Shown in pieces: positions 1 through 8,603 of a DNA stretch of 45,112 bases. This DNA is from Marine Group II euryarchaeote MED-G33 (GTDB lineage Archaea > Thermoplasmatota > Poseidoniia > Poseidoniales > Thalassarchaeaceae): the NCBI GenBank assembly GCA_949538655.1, contig CATISE010000059.1:1-45112 (forward strand). Direction: 5' to 3'. The notes under the pieces were generated by a model. It was not told the DNA's origin and did not search any database. It saw nothing but the letters and a program-made list of their open reading frames with translations. The first letter of the stretch is position 1. Every line of letters begins with the position of its first letter. Position numbers and translations under genes: made by a program.

Positions 1-314
1 CAATCCCTGCATTTGCAGCCGCACCGGCACTGGTTGTTGTAGGCGCCATGATGATGAAGGGTGCTGCAGAAATCGATTGGAATGACAAAGAAATGGCCAT
101 TCCAGCCTTCGTCACAATTGCGATGATGCCCTTCACTTATTCCATTGCGAATGGAATTGCTTGGGGTGTCATCACATACGTGCTAATCAAGATGGCTATG
201 CAGAAGTGGAACGACCTCAATCCAGTAATGTACACAGTTGCTGGACTGTTGCTTATGTTTTACCTCGGCCCTGGTGACCAAACCACCTTCGAGTGGTTGT
301 TCAGTTACCTCTGA
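1..314 (+). CDS. AzgA/NCS2-type purine (adenine/guanine/hypoxanthine) permease, C-terminal fragment; the gene starts upstream of the window
   Basis: The ORF is open to the window edge (frame 3). The translation ..IPAFAAAPALVVVGAMMMKGAAEIDWNDKEMAIPAFVTIAMMPFTYSIANGIAWGVITYVLIK resembles the last TM helices of AzgA-family permeases. A hairpin terminator follows. Confidence 0.6.
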   Translation, partial: IPAFAAAPALVVVGAMMMKGAAEIDWNDKEMAIPAFVTIAMMPFTYSIANGIAWGVITYVLIKMAMQKWNDLNPVMYTVAGLLLMFYLGPGDQTTFEWLFSYL

Positions 315-336
315 GCAAGATAACACACTGGGAATT

Positions 337-365
337 GCCCGGGTCCTTCGGGGCCCGGGCTTTTT
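337..365 (+). terminator. Intrinsic-type hairpin terminator
   Basis: GCCCGGGTCC-TTCG-GGGCCCGGGC forms a 10-bp stem (one G-U pair) with a TTCG tetraloop. A T5 run follows at 361-365, 23 nt after the permease stop. Confidence 0.55.
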
Positions 366-543
366 CCAACTCAATTTTTTGGCGGTGTAGTAAATTACAC
401 CTAATATCAACACATACATCGGTTTATCGCTATAACCCCTCAAATGGCCGTTCCAAGGAGAATGTAAGTAGAACCTTTCATAAGTAGTTCGAAGACGAAC
501 GCTAGTTAATCGCTTGAGGGCGGTAAATGAAAAGGTGAATGAA

Positions 544-1155
544 ATGGATATAGATATGAAAGCAATGAAGGCTGAAATCGGGGGCGCATTCGTGCTCTCC
601 TGGATGGTCTTTGCAATGGGATTGGGATCCATCGAAGGCGCTGTCGTTCTGGCAGTTCTTTGGATGGCATTCAGTGGTGCGCACATCTTGCCAGTTGTCA
701 CATGGTCACACATCATGACCGGTGACTTGGCAGATACTGAGGGCAACTGGATGGCAAATGGAATGCGCTTGGTAGGCCAAATGGTTGGTGCTATCGCCGC
801 TATTCTATTGGCAACCGAAGCTGGTGGAATTGAAACCGGCTGGAGTGCCACAGACATGTGGATTCCTGACATCGCAGACCACGTCTGGCATGTAATCGGT
901 ATGATTGCAGCTGGTGCAGTTTGGTGGCAGGTGCACACCCGATGCGATTCCGCATGGGCAAGTGCATTTGGTCTAATGGTACTTGGTGGAGCAATGACCC
1001 TAACCGGAGCACACGAGATGGGAGCATCCATCACAAGTGCAGGCGATGGAATCGTTGACACGGCTGTTAACTGGATTTGTGACGGCCTATTCGTCGGTAT
1101 TGGTGCCTTTGTAGGCTGCCAGGCTGATGCCCTTATGGGCGGCGAAGAAGAGTAA
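544..1155 (+). CDS. Polytopic membrane protein, divergent MIP/aquaporin-like with degenerate NPA motifs
   Basis: ATG 544 is preceded by AGGTGA (533-538); the track start at 514 is TTG. There are about 6 hydrophobic segments. SGAHILPVVT and TGAHEMGAS sit where MIP SGxHxNPAVT and NPAR loops would be. Confidence 0.5.
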   Translation: MDIDMKAMKAEIGGAFVLSWMVFAMGLGSIEGAVVLAVLWMAFSGAHILPVVTWSHIMTGDLADTEGNWMANGMRLVGQMVGAIAAILLATEAGGIETGWSATDMWIPDIADHVWHVIGMIAAGAVWWQVHTRCDSAWASAFGLMVLGGAMTLTGAHEMGASITSAGDGIVDTAVNWICDGLFVGIGAFVGCQADALMGGEEE

Positions 1156-1199
1156 GTAAAACCACTCTGAACGCAAACACAAGATTACACACATGTCCT

Positions 1200-1237
1200 T
1201 CAGGGGCGCTTCGGCGCCCCTGAGGGGCATTTTTTTT
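1200..1237 (+). terminator. Intrinsic-type hairpin terminator
   Basis: TCAGGGGCGC-TTCG-GCGCCCCTGA is a perfect 10-bp stem with a TTCG loop (1200-1223). A T8 run follows at 1230-1237. Confidence 0.6.
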
Positions 1238-1277
1238 GTATCAAATTCTTCAATAAAGAGGCGTCCACTCGCAGAAC

Positions 1278-1868
1278 ATGGGCGAGCAGACGACGACCAT
1301 CGACATGCGTGTCGAATTACTCAAAGACAGTGTTGTGAAAGCGCCTGTCGTTTGGAAGGAAGGATACCCTTACTTTGTGCACCCCTTGTCAGATGGAGTT
1401 CCAAGACAATCTGCTGAGTTGCTCAGAGCCGCTCGTGATTTGATTTCAGAGGGTGTCGACTGGGATTCAATCGATATCATCCTGGGTCTTGAAGCGATGG
1501 GAATCCCATTGGCTGCAGCCCTGTGCCTCTCTAGTGGCAAACCACTGGTCATTGGCCGTAAACGACAGTATGGGCTGCCAGGTGAAGTTTCAATCGATCA
1601 ATCGACAGGATACTCGAAGGGTGAAATATTCCTGAATGATATCGATAAAGGGGCCCGTGTACTGATTGTAGATGATGTCGTGAGCACAGGTGGAACATTA
1701 CACCCCGTATTGAAGGCGGTTGAAGAAAGTGGAGCGATTGTACAAGATTGTTGGATTGTCTTTGAGAAAGGTGAGGGCATGAACAATATCAGATCTTCAG
1801 GTGATTGGCCGTTGAATAGTTTGGTCAGAATCGAAATGCAAGGTGACAAAATCGTTGTCCTCGAATGA
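1278..1868 (+). CDS. hpt: Archaeal-type hypoxanthine/guanine phosphoribosyltransferase
   Basis: Motifs YFVHPLSDGVP, LEAMGIPLA, GRKRQYGLPGE, TGYSKGE and the PRPP loop VLIVDDVVSTGGT. Its length of 196 aa is typical for the family. Confidence 0.85.
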   Translation: MGEQTTTIDMRVELLKDSVVKAPVVWKEGYPYFVHPLSDGVPRQSAELLRAARDLISEGVDWDSIDIILGLEAMGIPLAAALCLSSGKPLVIGRKRQYGLPGEVSIDQSTGYSKGEIFLNDIDKGARVLIVDDVVSTGGTLHPVLKAVEESGAIVQDCWIVFEKGEGMNNIRSSGDWPLNSLVRIEMQGDKIVVLE

Positions 1869-1927
1869 TTCCACCCTATAGGGTGGATTCATCAAGGAGG
1901 GGTTGGACGGCGTCATGAGGCAGCCGC

Positions 1928-3037
1928 ATGGACATGGACAAACATGACTTCGAACTCGACGAATTGATCGAGCGGATTAAGTCCAACGACAATCGCCTCG
2001 TCGCATTGCAAGTCCCTGAGGGCCTGAAGATGCAAGCATTGGACATGATGGATTCTATAGAAGAAGAAACTTCGGCCAAGATTATCCTTGCAGCAGACCC
2101 CTGTTATGGCGCCTGCGATCTGGTCCATGACAAGATGCAACGCATGGGTGTGGAACTGGTTGCACACATGGGTCACTCTCAGATGAACATCGATTCAGGA
2201 ATGCCGACCCAATTCATCAACGTGACATACGAAGGAGACCCGGCAATCGACCCCGTTCTACCCATTCTGGCTCAACATCGTGCCATTGCAGAACAGCGAT
2301 TGAACGATGCCAATTCTGATTCAGGGGTATCCGAGGAAGAAGCACAGGATCGCTTCCTCGACGCTGTAGGCCGTGTAGCCCCATTGAGTGGTACAAAGTT
2401 GGGTTTGGTCGGTAGTATCCAGCATTTGCACCTTATTTTCGATTACAAAGAGCGTCTTGAGGCAGCTGGTTTTGAGGTTGAAGTACCCGTTGGGGGTGCT
2501 CGCCTAACCTTCCCTGGACAAGTGCTGGGGTGCAATTACTCTGGAGACCAGGACGATATTGGGCACTATCTGTTCCTTGGAAGTGGGGACTTCCACCCCA
2601 TCGGTTTGGTTTTGCACACAGGCAAGCCATTGGCCATGCTCGATCCTTACTCTGGTGATGCCGAAGAAATGTCGTTTGAACGAATTGAAAGAATCCTAAG
2701 ACAGCGATTTGGACTCATCATCGCTTGTGATCAAGCGAAAACATTTGGAATCCTCATTGGTGAAAAACCGGGACAAATGCGTCGTACACTTGCATTGCGA
2801 ATGAAGAAGATTCTCGAAAAGCATGGTAAAAAGGGCTACTTATTGGCTTTGGAGCACGTCGGGCCTGAACTGATTGACTTCTACCCCGTGGATGCATTTG
2901 TCAATACCGCATGCCCACGAATTGCAATCGATGATTCAGTTCGATATGCTAAGCCACTGATTACACCATTTGAGCTTGAAGTTGCTCTGGGCGAGAAAAA
3001 GTGGGAAATGGGATATCAATTCGACGAGATCCCCTGA
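1928..3037 (+). CDS. dph2: Diphthamide synthesis radical-SAM enzyme Dph2 (2-(3-amino-3-carboxypropyl)histidine synthase)
   Basis: N-terminal YDFELDELIERIK..LVALQVPEGLK and ADPCYGACD motifs. C-terminal FVNTACPRIAIDD. Confidence 0.85.
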   Translation: MDMDKHDFELDELIERIKSNDNRLVALQVPEGLKMQALDMMDSIEEETSAKIILAADPCYGACDLVHDKMQRMGVELVAHMGHSQMNIDSGMPTQFINVTYEGDPAIDPVLPILAQHRAIAEQRLNDANSDSGVSEEEAQDRFLDAVGRVAPLSGTKLGLVGSIQHLHLIFDYKERLEAAGFEVEVPVGGARLTFPGQVLGCNYSGDQDDIGHYLFLGSGDFHPIGLVLHTGKPLAMLDPYSGDAEEMSFERIERILRQRFGLIIACDQAKTFGILIGEKPGQMRRTLALRMKKILEKHGKKGYLLALEHVGPELIDFYPVDAFVNTACPRIAIDDSVRYAKPLITPFELEVALGEKKWEMGYQFDEIP

Positions 3038-3075
3038 GGCTCGCATACCCGCGCGCGACACGCCATCGGGTGCGT

Positions 3076-3085
3076 ACACGCGTGT
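3076..3085. promoter_or_regulatory. Perfect 10-bp palindrome ACACGCGTGT in the GC-rich leader upstream of orc1/cdc6
   Basis: Self-complementary 10-mer with a related GACACGCC at 3057-3064. It lies just upstream of an A/T-rich GCATATCTT element about 35 nt before ATG 3129. Confidence 0.25.
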
Positions 3086-3128
3086 GGCATTGCATATCTT
3101 CAAGAACAGCCAACAGTGGGAGCCCTCG

Positions 3129-4301
3129 ATGGCTGAATACCTGAATCGGATTGGCGCGGGCCTCATCTTGCTCGATGCGGCGCCACTTTCCTACGATTGG
3201 GTGCCCCCAAATGTCGTTGGCCGCGAAGAAGAACAGGGACAACTCGCTTCGATGTTTGCCAGTATTGGAACCCCTGGAGTTTCCTGTAGGGCCGTGATTA
3301 CAGGCAATGTCGGAAGTGGTAAAACAGTCCTCAGTCGTTCTTTTGGAGAGGATTTATCGCGACACCTTTCTGGTGTGAGGAACATACAACCTGTTCACGT
3401 GAACTGTCGAAACCACCCCTCAACATCACAAGTCCTTCAGCGGATCGCGAAGTCACTGGATGACCGTCATCCAGATCGTGGATTCTCTGCGTCAGAAGTG
3501 ATCCAAGGTATACGCCGCAATCTTCGAACTCGTAATCAGCACATGTTACTCATTCTCGATGAAGTGGATGTTCTACTTCGTAGAGAAAGTGGTGATCTCC
3601 TCTACCAACTCTTGCGAATCGATGAGGGGCGGGATGAATCAGGTACACTATCTCTTATTCTCATCAGTCAAGAACAAGTTTTAGACCAACTAGAAGGTGC
3701 CATCATCTCTCGCTTTGGCCGATCAAATCATCTGGCATTGAAACCCTATTCGGAGTCACAGCTATCTGCAATCGCAGGACAACGATCAGCACTTGCAACG
3801 CGTACAGGTTCAGTGAGTGAGGATATTCTTACATTGATAGGGCAAGCCTCTTCAGACACCGGGGATGCACGTGTTGCAATCGAATTGTTGGAGGCAGCAG
3901 TTATGCGAGCAGAGAAGGGTGGTTTCCGTGAGGTTGAACCCAATCATGTTCAGCGTGACGCTGCATCTCGAAGTCGTGCGGTTGAACCCAGTGTGGTCGA
4001 TGAACTCAACCACCATGAGCAATTGATCCTGCTCGCAATTTGTCGGCGTCTAAGAAGGGACCCCGAGGTGACCTCTGGAGATGCTGAAAAATTGTATCAG
4101 GTCGTTTGTGAAGAATATGAGGTCAAGCCACGTGGACATACAACCTTCTGGAAATACCTGAAGACACTGGAAACACGTGGATTGATGGAAACACGCACTG
4201 GGACAGCGAAGGCCGGCAGGGGTCGAACACAACATATCACAATGCCACAAAGTTTGCCAGGACAACTGGAAAACCGCCTTGAACATGCCCTAAAGCGATG
4301 A
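3129..4301 (+). CDS. cdc6: Orc1/Cdc6 replication initiator
   Basis: VGREEEQ, Walker A GNVGSGKTV, Walker B LLILDEVD, sensor GDARVAIELL and a C-terminal winged helix. ATG 3129 is preferred; the track start at 2970 overlaps dph2. Confidence 0.9.
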   Translation: MAEYLNRIGAGLILLDAAPLSYDWVPPNVVGREEEQGQLASMFASIGTPGVSCRAVITGNVGSGKTVLSRSFGEDLSRHLSGVRNIQPVHVNCRNHPSTSQVLQRIAKSLDDRHPDRGFSASEVIQGIRRNLRTRNQHMLLILDEVDVLLRRESGDLLYQLLRIDEGRDESGTLSLILISQEQVLDQLEGAIISRFGRSNHLALKPYSESQLSAIAGQRSALATRTGSVSEDILTLIGQASSDTGDARVAIELLEAAVMRAEKGGFREVEPNHVQRDAASRSRAVEPSVVDELNHHEQLILLAICRRLRRDPEVTSGDAEKLYQVVCEEYEVKPRGHTTFWKYLKTLETRGLMETRTGTAKAGRGRTQHITMPQSLPGQLENRLEHALKR

Positions 4302-4351
4302 TTTTCAATAAACCACCCCATCCACCTACGGTGGAATCGGCCGAACCGCTC

Positions 4352-4357
4352 TTATAG
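4352..4357 (+). promoter_or_regulatory. Candidate TATA box for the rps6e-aIF2gamma-PIN transcription unit
   Basis: TTATAG lies about 36-41 nt upstream of ATG 4393, and GAGGAT sits 6 nt before the ATG. Confidence 0.3.
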
Positions 4358-4392
4358 GGGGCGTCTGTCGCCGAATCGCACGAGGATTAAGC

Positions 4393-4881
4393 ATGGCTGA
4401 ACAAGTTTTCAAAGCGGTCGTTAACGACACTGACCCTTCAAGTGGAGGAAAGTCGTACGCAATCGACATTAGTGGTTCAAACTACAACCATTTCCTAGGT
4501 AAGAAAATCGGAGATTCCGTGGATGGAATTTTCGTCGGAGATGGCGATGTCACTCTTGGTGGATTCAAACTACAAATTACTGGAGGTTCAGACCTCACTG
4601 GCACACCCATGCGTGTCGATCTTGATGGAGGCGGCCGCAAGAAGGTCCTCGTATCCCCATCTACCGGGTTCAAAGGACACAAGATTGTCAGGAAAAAGGG
4701 CGAACGCTACCGATACACCTACGATGGACTACGAAAGCGTCGAGCCTTCCGTGGCAATGTCATCTCCTCGGACACACGCCAAATCAACCTCAAGGTTGTC
4801 GAGAGTGGTAACAAATCACTCTCTGATATCTTCTCCGGCAGCAGTGATGATGCTGGCGAGGCTGATGATAGTGCGGAGTGA
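4393..4881 (+). CDS. rps6e: Ribosomal protein S6e with an acidic C-terminal tail
   Basis: GKKIGDSVDG..GGFKLQITGGSDLTGTPMR..GGGRKKVLV..RKRRAFRGN are typical eS6 motifs. Confidence 0.9.
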   Translation: MAEQVFKAVVNDTDPSSGGKSYAIDISGSNYNHFLGKKIGDSVDGIFVGDGDVTLGGFKLQITGGSDLTGTPMRVDLDGGGRKKVLVSPSTGFKGHKIVRKKGERYRYTYDGLRKRRAFRGNVISSDTRQINLKVVESGNKSLSDIFSGSSDDAGEADDSAE

Positions 4882-4900
4882 ACAGGAGCTGTGACACCAG

Positions 4901-6148
4901 ATGGCCAAGAAGCGTGAGCTCCCCGGTCAGCCAAAGGTGAACATTGGCCTCGTAGGACACGTCGATCATGGAAAGACTACTCTAACCCAAGCCCTATCTG
5001 GAACTTGGACTGATACGCATTCCGAAGAAAGGAAGCGTGGCATCAGTATCAAACTCGGTTATGCAGACACTGCATTCTATCGCATCAAAGGCGGTGAGAC
5101 TTACCCCATGGGAAAGCGCCCCGATGGCGGCGAAGATGTGGATAAGGAATTACTTCGAGTCGTCTCCTTTGTCGATGCACCTGGCCACGAGACTTTGATG
5201 GCAGTAATGATTTCAGGTTCCTCAATTATGGATGGTGCCCTCCTGTTGATTGCTGCCAACGAAGAATGTCCGCAACCCCAGACTCGTGAGCACCTCATGG
5301 CCCTGGAAATTGCAGGAATTGAGAATATCGTTGTTGTTCAAAACAAGGTTGACTTGGTGAGTCGAGAACGAGCCATGGAATCACATGCAGAAATCAAATC
5401 ATTCCTAGAGGGTACTATTGCTCAAAATGCGCCAGTAATACCAGTCAGTGCCCATCATGATGTCAATCTGGATATTCTCATCGATGCGATTGAAGATACA
5501 ATCCCAACACCTGATTTACGAGAAAAGGAAAATGGATTGATGTATGTCGCTCGATCCTTTGATATCAATCGACCAGGTACTCGCCCTTCTAAATTGAAAG
5601 GAGGGATTATTGGTGGGTCTGTAGTTTCTGGTAATTTCAAGGAAGGTGACGATATTGTCATCGCACCAGGTCGGAAAATTTCCGAAGGTAACAAAGCGAG
5701 ATGGGAGCCCATTGAAACCAAAATATCCAGTGTCCAAAGTGGTGGCTTGAATCTGGATTCGGTTCATGCTGGTGGATTATGTGGAATTGCTACACCATTG
5801 GACCCATTCCACACCAAATCAGACAATTTGTCAGGCCAAGTAATGGCTCGTGCTGGTGAATTACCCCCTGTTTGGGAAACTCTTGATGTCACACTCAACT
5901 TACTGACCGAAATGGTGGCGAGTGGTGAGGGCGATCCTGAGAAAGTTCGCCCACTCCAACCAGGAGAGATGTTGATGCTAAACTCAGCTACTGCAACCAG
6001 TGTCGGGGTGGTTTCTGCGGTCAAAGGGAAAGATGCGACACTGAATTTACGCTTACCGATTTGTGCCCTTTCCGGGAGTCGAATTACCCTCTCTCGCCGC
6101 GTTGGCAGTCGCTGGCGCCTGATTGGACATGGCGTCATTGCAGGGTGA
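4901..6148 (+). CDS. eif2g: Translation initiation factor aIF2 gamma subunit
   Basis: G1 GHVDHGKTT, G3 DAPGHE and G4 NKVD. Three-domain length of 415 aa. Confidence 0.95.
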   Translation: MAKKRELPGQPKVNIGLVGHVDHGKTTLTQALSGTWTDTHSEERKRGISIKLGYADTAFYRIKGGETYPMGKRPDGGEDVDKELLRVVSFVDAPGHETLMAVMISGSSIMDGALLLIAANEECPQPQTREHLMALEIAGIENIVVVQNKVDLVSRERAMESHAEIKSFLEGTIAQNAPVIPVSAHHDVNLDILIDAIEDTIPTPDLREKENGLMYVARSFDINRPGTRPSKLKGGIIGGSVVSGNFKEGDDIVIAPGRKISEGNKARWEPIETKISSVQSGGLNLDSVHAGGLCGIATPLDPFHTKSDNLSGQVMARAGELPPVWETLDVTLNLLTEMVASGEGDPEKVRPLQPGEMLMLNSATATSVGVVSAVKGKDATLNLRLPICALSGSRITLSRRVGSRWRLIGHGVIAG

Positions 6149-6152
6149 AATT

Positions 6153-6515
6153 ATGGCGGGCGTGCTCGTCGATTCTTGCGGCTGGGTGGCCGTTGTTGAT
6201 GCACGAATCAACATTGATTTGTCGCTTGAAAATCAAGTCGGACCTGTTGAATTGAAGGTTACTCAGGCCGTCTTAACAGAATTGGAAAAATTAGCAAATC
6301 GAGAGGCGAGGCCATTACTACTCGATTTGTTACATGACCGTTCGGAAATTGTTTCTGGCGAAGGCAGGCATACTGATGATGAATTACTCAATTTAGCCAT
6401 TGAAAACAATTGGCCGGTTTTGACGGTGGACAGAACCCTGAAGGCACGTCTGCATGAAGCAAACGCATCGGTTATCGAAGTCCATGGCTCCAAGGCGTTG
6501 CGATTGATTGAGTAG
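6153..6515 (+). CDS. PIN-domain protein, the conserved archaeal neighbour of aIF2gamma (COG1412-like)
   Basis: VLVDSCGW..TQAVLTELEKL..DDELLNLA..VLTVDRTLKARL carries PIN acidic residues. It sits in the conserved position after eif2g. ATG 6153 falls just after the eif2g stop. Confidence 0.75.
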   Translation: MAGVLVDSCGWVAVVDARINIDLSLENQVGPVELKVTQAVLTELEKLANREARPLLLDLLHDRSEIVSGEGRHTDDELLNLAIENNWPVLTVDRTLKARLHEANASVIEVHGSKALRLIE

Positions 6516-6524
6516 GTGTGCAGC

Positions 6525-6983
6525 ATGCCAAGATTCAGCGACGATGGACGTTGGGTATGGGATTATGGTGCAGAAAGGTGGATTCCTGCAAACAAAATCA
6601 ATGATGTTGAAGGATTGAAAAAATTAGGTATCTCAAATATCGTTGTTGAGCCAGGGGGTAAATCGGCCAGTGAATTGAGGACTGGTTCTGGTGAATCGAA
6701 CGTGACTAACCTGAAACTTTTCGCATTCACAATGGCATTTTTTCTCCCTGGAATTGATTATTCCATCTTAGGTTGGATCAAACCGCGAAACAATAAGCAG
6801 ATTTTGTTGGGCATAGGAATTTTCCTCCTTTTTGCGGTTTCACTCGCATCTGCGATTTGTGCTCCATTGGCATTTGCCATCTGGTTATACGGAATCGTTA
6901 CTGTGGCTTATCGGGCAAACAATCGAATTGAGGAAATCGGCGGTTTTAGCTATGATATTAGAGGGGAAAGAATCAATCTCTAA
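6525..6983 (+). CDS. Hypothetical membrane protein with an N-terminal W-rich (DUF2510/GYF_2-like) motif and 2-3 TM helices
   Basis: SDDGRWVWDYGAERWIP followed by hydrophobic segments. First ATG at 6525; the track start at 6516 is GTG. Confidence 0.55.
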   Translation: MPRFSDDGRWVWDYGAERWIPANKINDVEGLKKLGISNIVVEPGGKSASELRTGSGESNVTNLKLFAFTMAFFLPGIDYSILGWIKPRNNKQILLGIGIFLLFAVSLASAICAPLAFAIWLYGIVTVAYRANNRIEEIGGFSYDIRGERINL

Positions 6984-7213
6984 TCAAGTGGATGAGATAT
7001 TGCAATCCCATTCTTATCAGTCATATTCAATGCCCACCGTAGAGTTTTGATGACACCACGGAGAGCAGTGATATTCCGAATGGCTTCTGCATTGGCTTTA
7101 CGTTCCATCTTGGCACTCTTGAAGTATTTCTCCCACAATTGCTTGCGCTCTTCTGCTTCGTTCAACATATCACGTAATTCTTCAACATCACGAGGTTGTC
7201 CTACTTGGGCCAT
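6980..7213 (-). CDS. Hypothetical 77-aa helical, charged protein
   Basis: ATG-initiated ORF downstream of the DUF357 gene on the same strand, with coiled-coil-like composition. No recognisable family. Confidence 0.4.
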   Translation of the reverse strand: MAQVGQPRDVEELRDMLNEAEERKQLWEKYFKSAKMERKANAEAIRNITALRGVIKTLRWALNMTDKNGIAISHPLD

Positions 7214-7271
7214 ATTCGGGCGCGGTCAAACCACCCTTTTTGAAACTGGCGACAGAATACGGTCCAGATAA

Positions 7272-7571
7272 TCATGGTAGTGTGAACATTTCATCATCAC
7301 CATGTCCATCCATTAAGCCGATTTTTACTGCACAATCAACCCAAGCATGTGCATAATTAATCGCACCGAAGGCACGGACTAAATCTCCTTGATCAACAAA
7401 CCATTTCGCATCTGATGTGTAGGAATCTGCCATTTCCATCATGGTTGCCAGATTTTTACCCTCATCTGATTCTGGAGTGAATAGCGGTGTGGCCTTTTCT
7501 CTGGCTGCAGTCGTGAGGGCTAGATAGCGTTCCACCAACTCAGAAGTGACTTCAATATGCGGTTCAGGCAT
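7272..7571 (-). CDS. DUF357 (COG1849) family archaeal protein
   Basis: ..ADSYTSDAKWFVDQGDLVRAFGAINYAHAWVDCAVKIGLMDG matches the conserved DUF357 core (Y..DA.yF...GD...A....nYahgwLDa....G). Its start overlaps the upstream gene's stop by 8 nt. Confidence 0.8.
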   Translation of the reverse strand: MPEPHIEVTSELVERYLALTTAAREKATPLFTPESDEGKNLATMMEMADSYTSDAKWFVDQGDLVRAFGAINYAHAWVDCAVKIGLMDGHGDDEMFTLP

Positions 7572-8601
7572 TGGAACCCTCCCGAAGGGAAATCAAGCGG
7601 CGGACATCTTCTGCACGACCCAATGACTCATACAATTCGATGGCACGACTGAGCATACCCGAATCTTCAGCGTCCCGGGCTGCTTCGAAGATGACTTGCC
7701 GCTGTTCCCAATCTAGACGACGCATTTCTCCTGACGCGATTTCTTCAAACAGCAACTTGCGACGACTGACCAGGTGAGGACCAATCCACATTCTAACCAA
7801 TCCCTGTCTAGTCGCAGTAAGCATTCGATCCGCAAGATTAGACGCGATTAAATCACCAGCAGGTCGTCGTTCTAGGTTATCTTCAGGTGGCAATCGAATC
7901 AGGTCACCTGCAACATCGAGGGCCCACCAGCCTTCGCCTGTCCAAGCAGCATCTAATGGCACTAGACCATCGCCCGGTACTCGATCAATCCGATCCCATC
8001 CGAAGGGGTTTGGGACTCCTTCTTGCAAACCTCCATCTGCTTGCTGGACCAAAATTCGTCCACTGTGTAATTTAGAGACCCAAGACCAACGTGTCGTTTC
8101 GATTTGGCGTTGAGCATCGTCGCCACCCAATCGCAAGGCTCGCAAACAACCATCGGCATCCTGCGCGAGTAATATTTCTCGATCAAGCCAACCAACCATT
8201 TTCTTCAATGGGCCTGGTCGAAGTCGTCGAATACCCCGGCCACGACGATTGAACAGGTGAATGTGGTCACCACGATCGGAAAGTAACCAACCTCCTCCAG
8301 GGCGGCGTACAACATCCCGAAATCCACCCGCAACAGCTCGGCCTTCTCCAATTGGCTCTCCAGTGGCCAAATCTAGCAAGAAAAATCCAGTACCAGATAA
8401 TACTGCAACATTTGTACCATCATGCTCCAACCTGTAGACATCGAATGAGAATTCACGACGCCAGAGGAAATCACCATCTGAATTGAGGCGGCGAACAACA
8501 CTGCCTGCTGCAATTAAACAATCTTCACCCAAGCATGAAAGAGCTCCGACACGGCCTTCGACTTGGTGACTCCAAGCAATTTCCCAGCGCTCATCCGACA
8601 T
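7564..8601 (-). CDS. Cytoplasmic beta-propeller-like repeat protein (PQQ/WD-like blades) with a C-terminal TPR-like helical tail
   Basis: Repeated G-D/W-rich strands (DGDFLWRR, GGWLLSDRGDHIHLF, DADGCLRAL, GEGWWALDVAGDLIRL). No signal peptide or TM. C-terminal AIELYESLGRAEDVRRL. Confidence 0.6.
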   Translation of the reverse strand: MSDERWEIAWSHQVEGRVGALSCLGEDCLIAAGSVVRRLNSDGDFLWRREFSFDVYRLEHDGTNVAVLSGTGFFLLDLATGEPIGEGRAVAGGFRDVVRRPGGGWLLSDRGDHIHLFNRRGRGIRRLRPGPLKKMVGWLDREILLAQDADGCLRALRLGGDDAQRQIETTRWSWVSKLHSGRILVQQADGGLQEGVPNPFGWDRIDRVPGDGLVPLDAAWTGEGWWALDVAGDLIRLPPEDNLERRPAGDLIASNLADRMLTATRQGLVRMWIGPHLVSRRKLLFEEIASGEMRRLDWEQRQVIFEAARDAEDSGMLSRAIELYESLGRAEDVRRLISLREGSNA

Positions 8602-8603
8602 GA

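Noticed and set aside
183-1061. 292-aa minus-strand ORF antisense to the MIP-like gene
   Set aside because: Its composition is Pro/Ser/Ala/Cys/Thr-rich with no motif. It fully shadows a plus-strand ORF that has membrane-protein periodicity, an SD-like site and its own terminator. This is a typical antisense artefact.
2970-3128. N-terminal 53-codon extension of orc1/cdc6 in the ORF track
   Set aside because: It overlaps the 3' end of dph2 and translates to non-Orc-like sequence. The conserved protein begins naturally at ATG 3129.
6153-6515. The PIN-domain gene as a toxin-antitoxin or defence element
   Set aside because: It occupies the conserved housekeeping position after aIF2-gamma found widely in archaea, and it has no small antitoxin partner.
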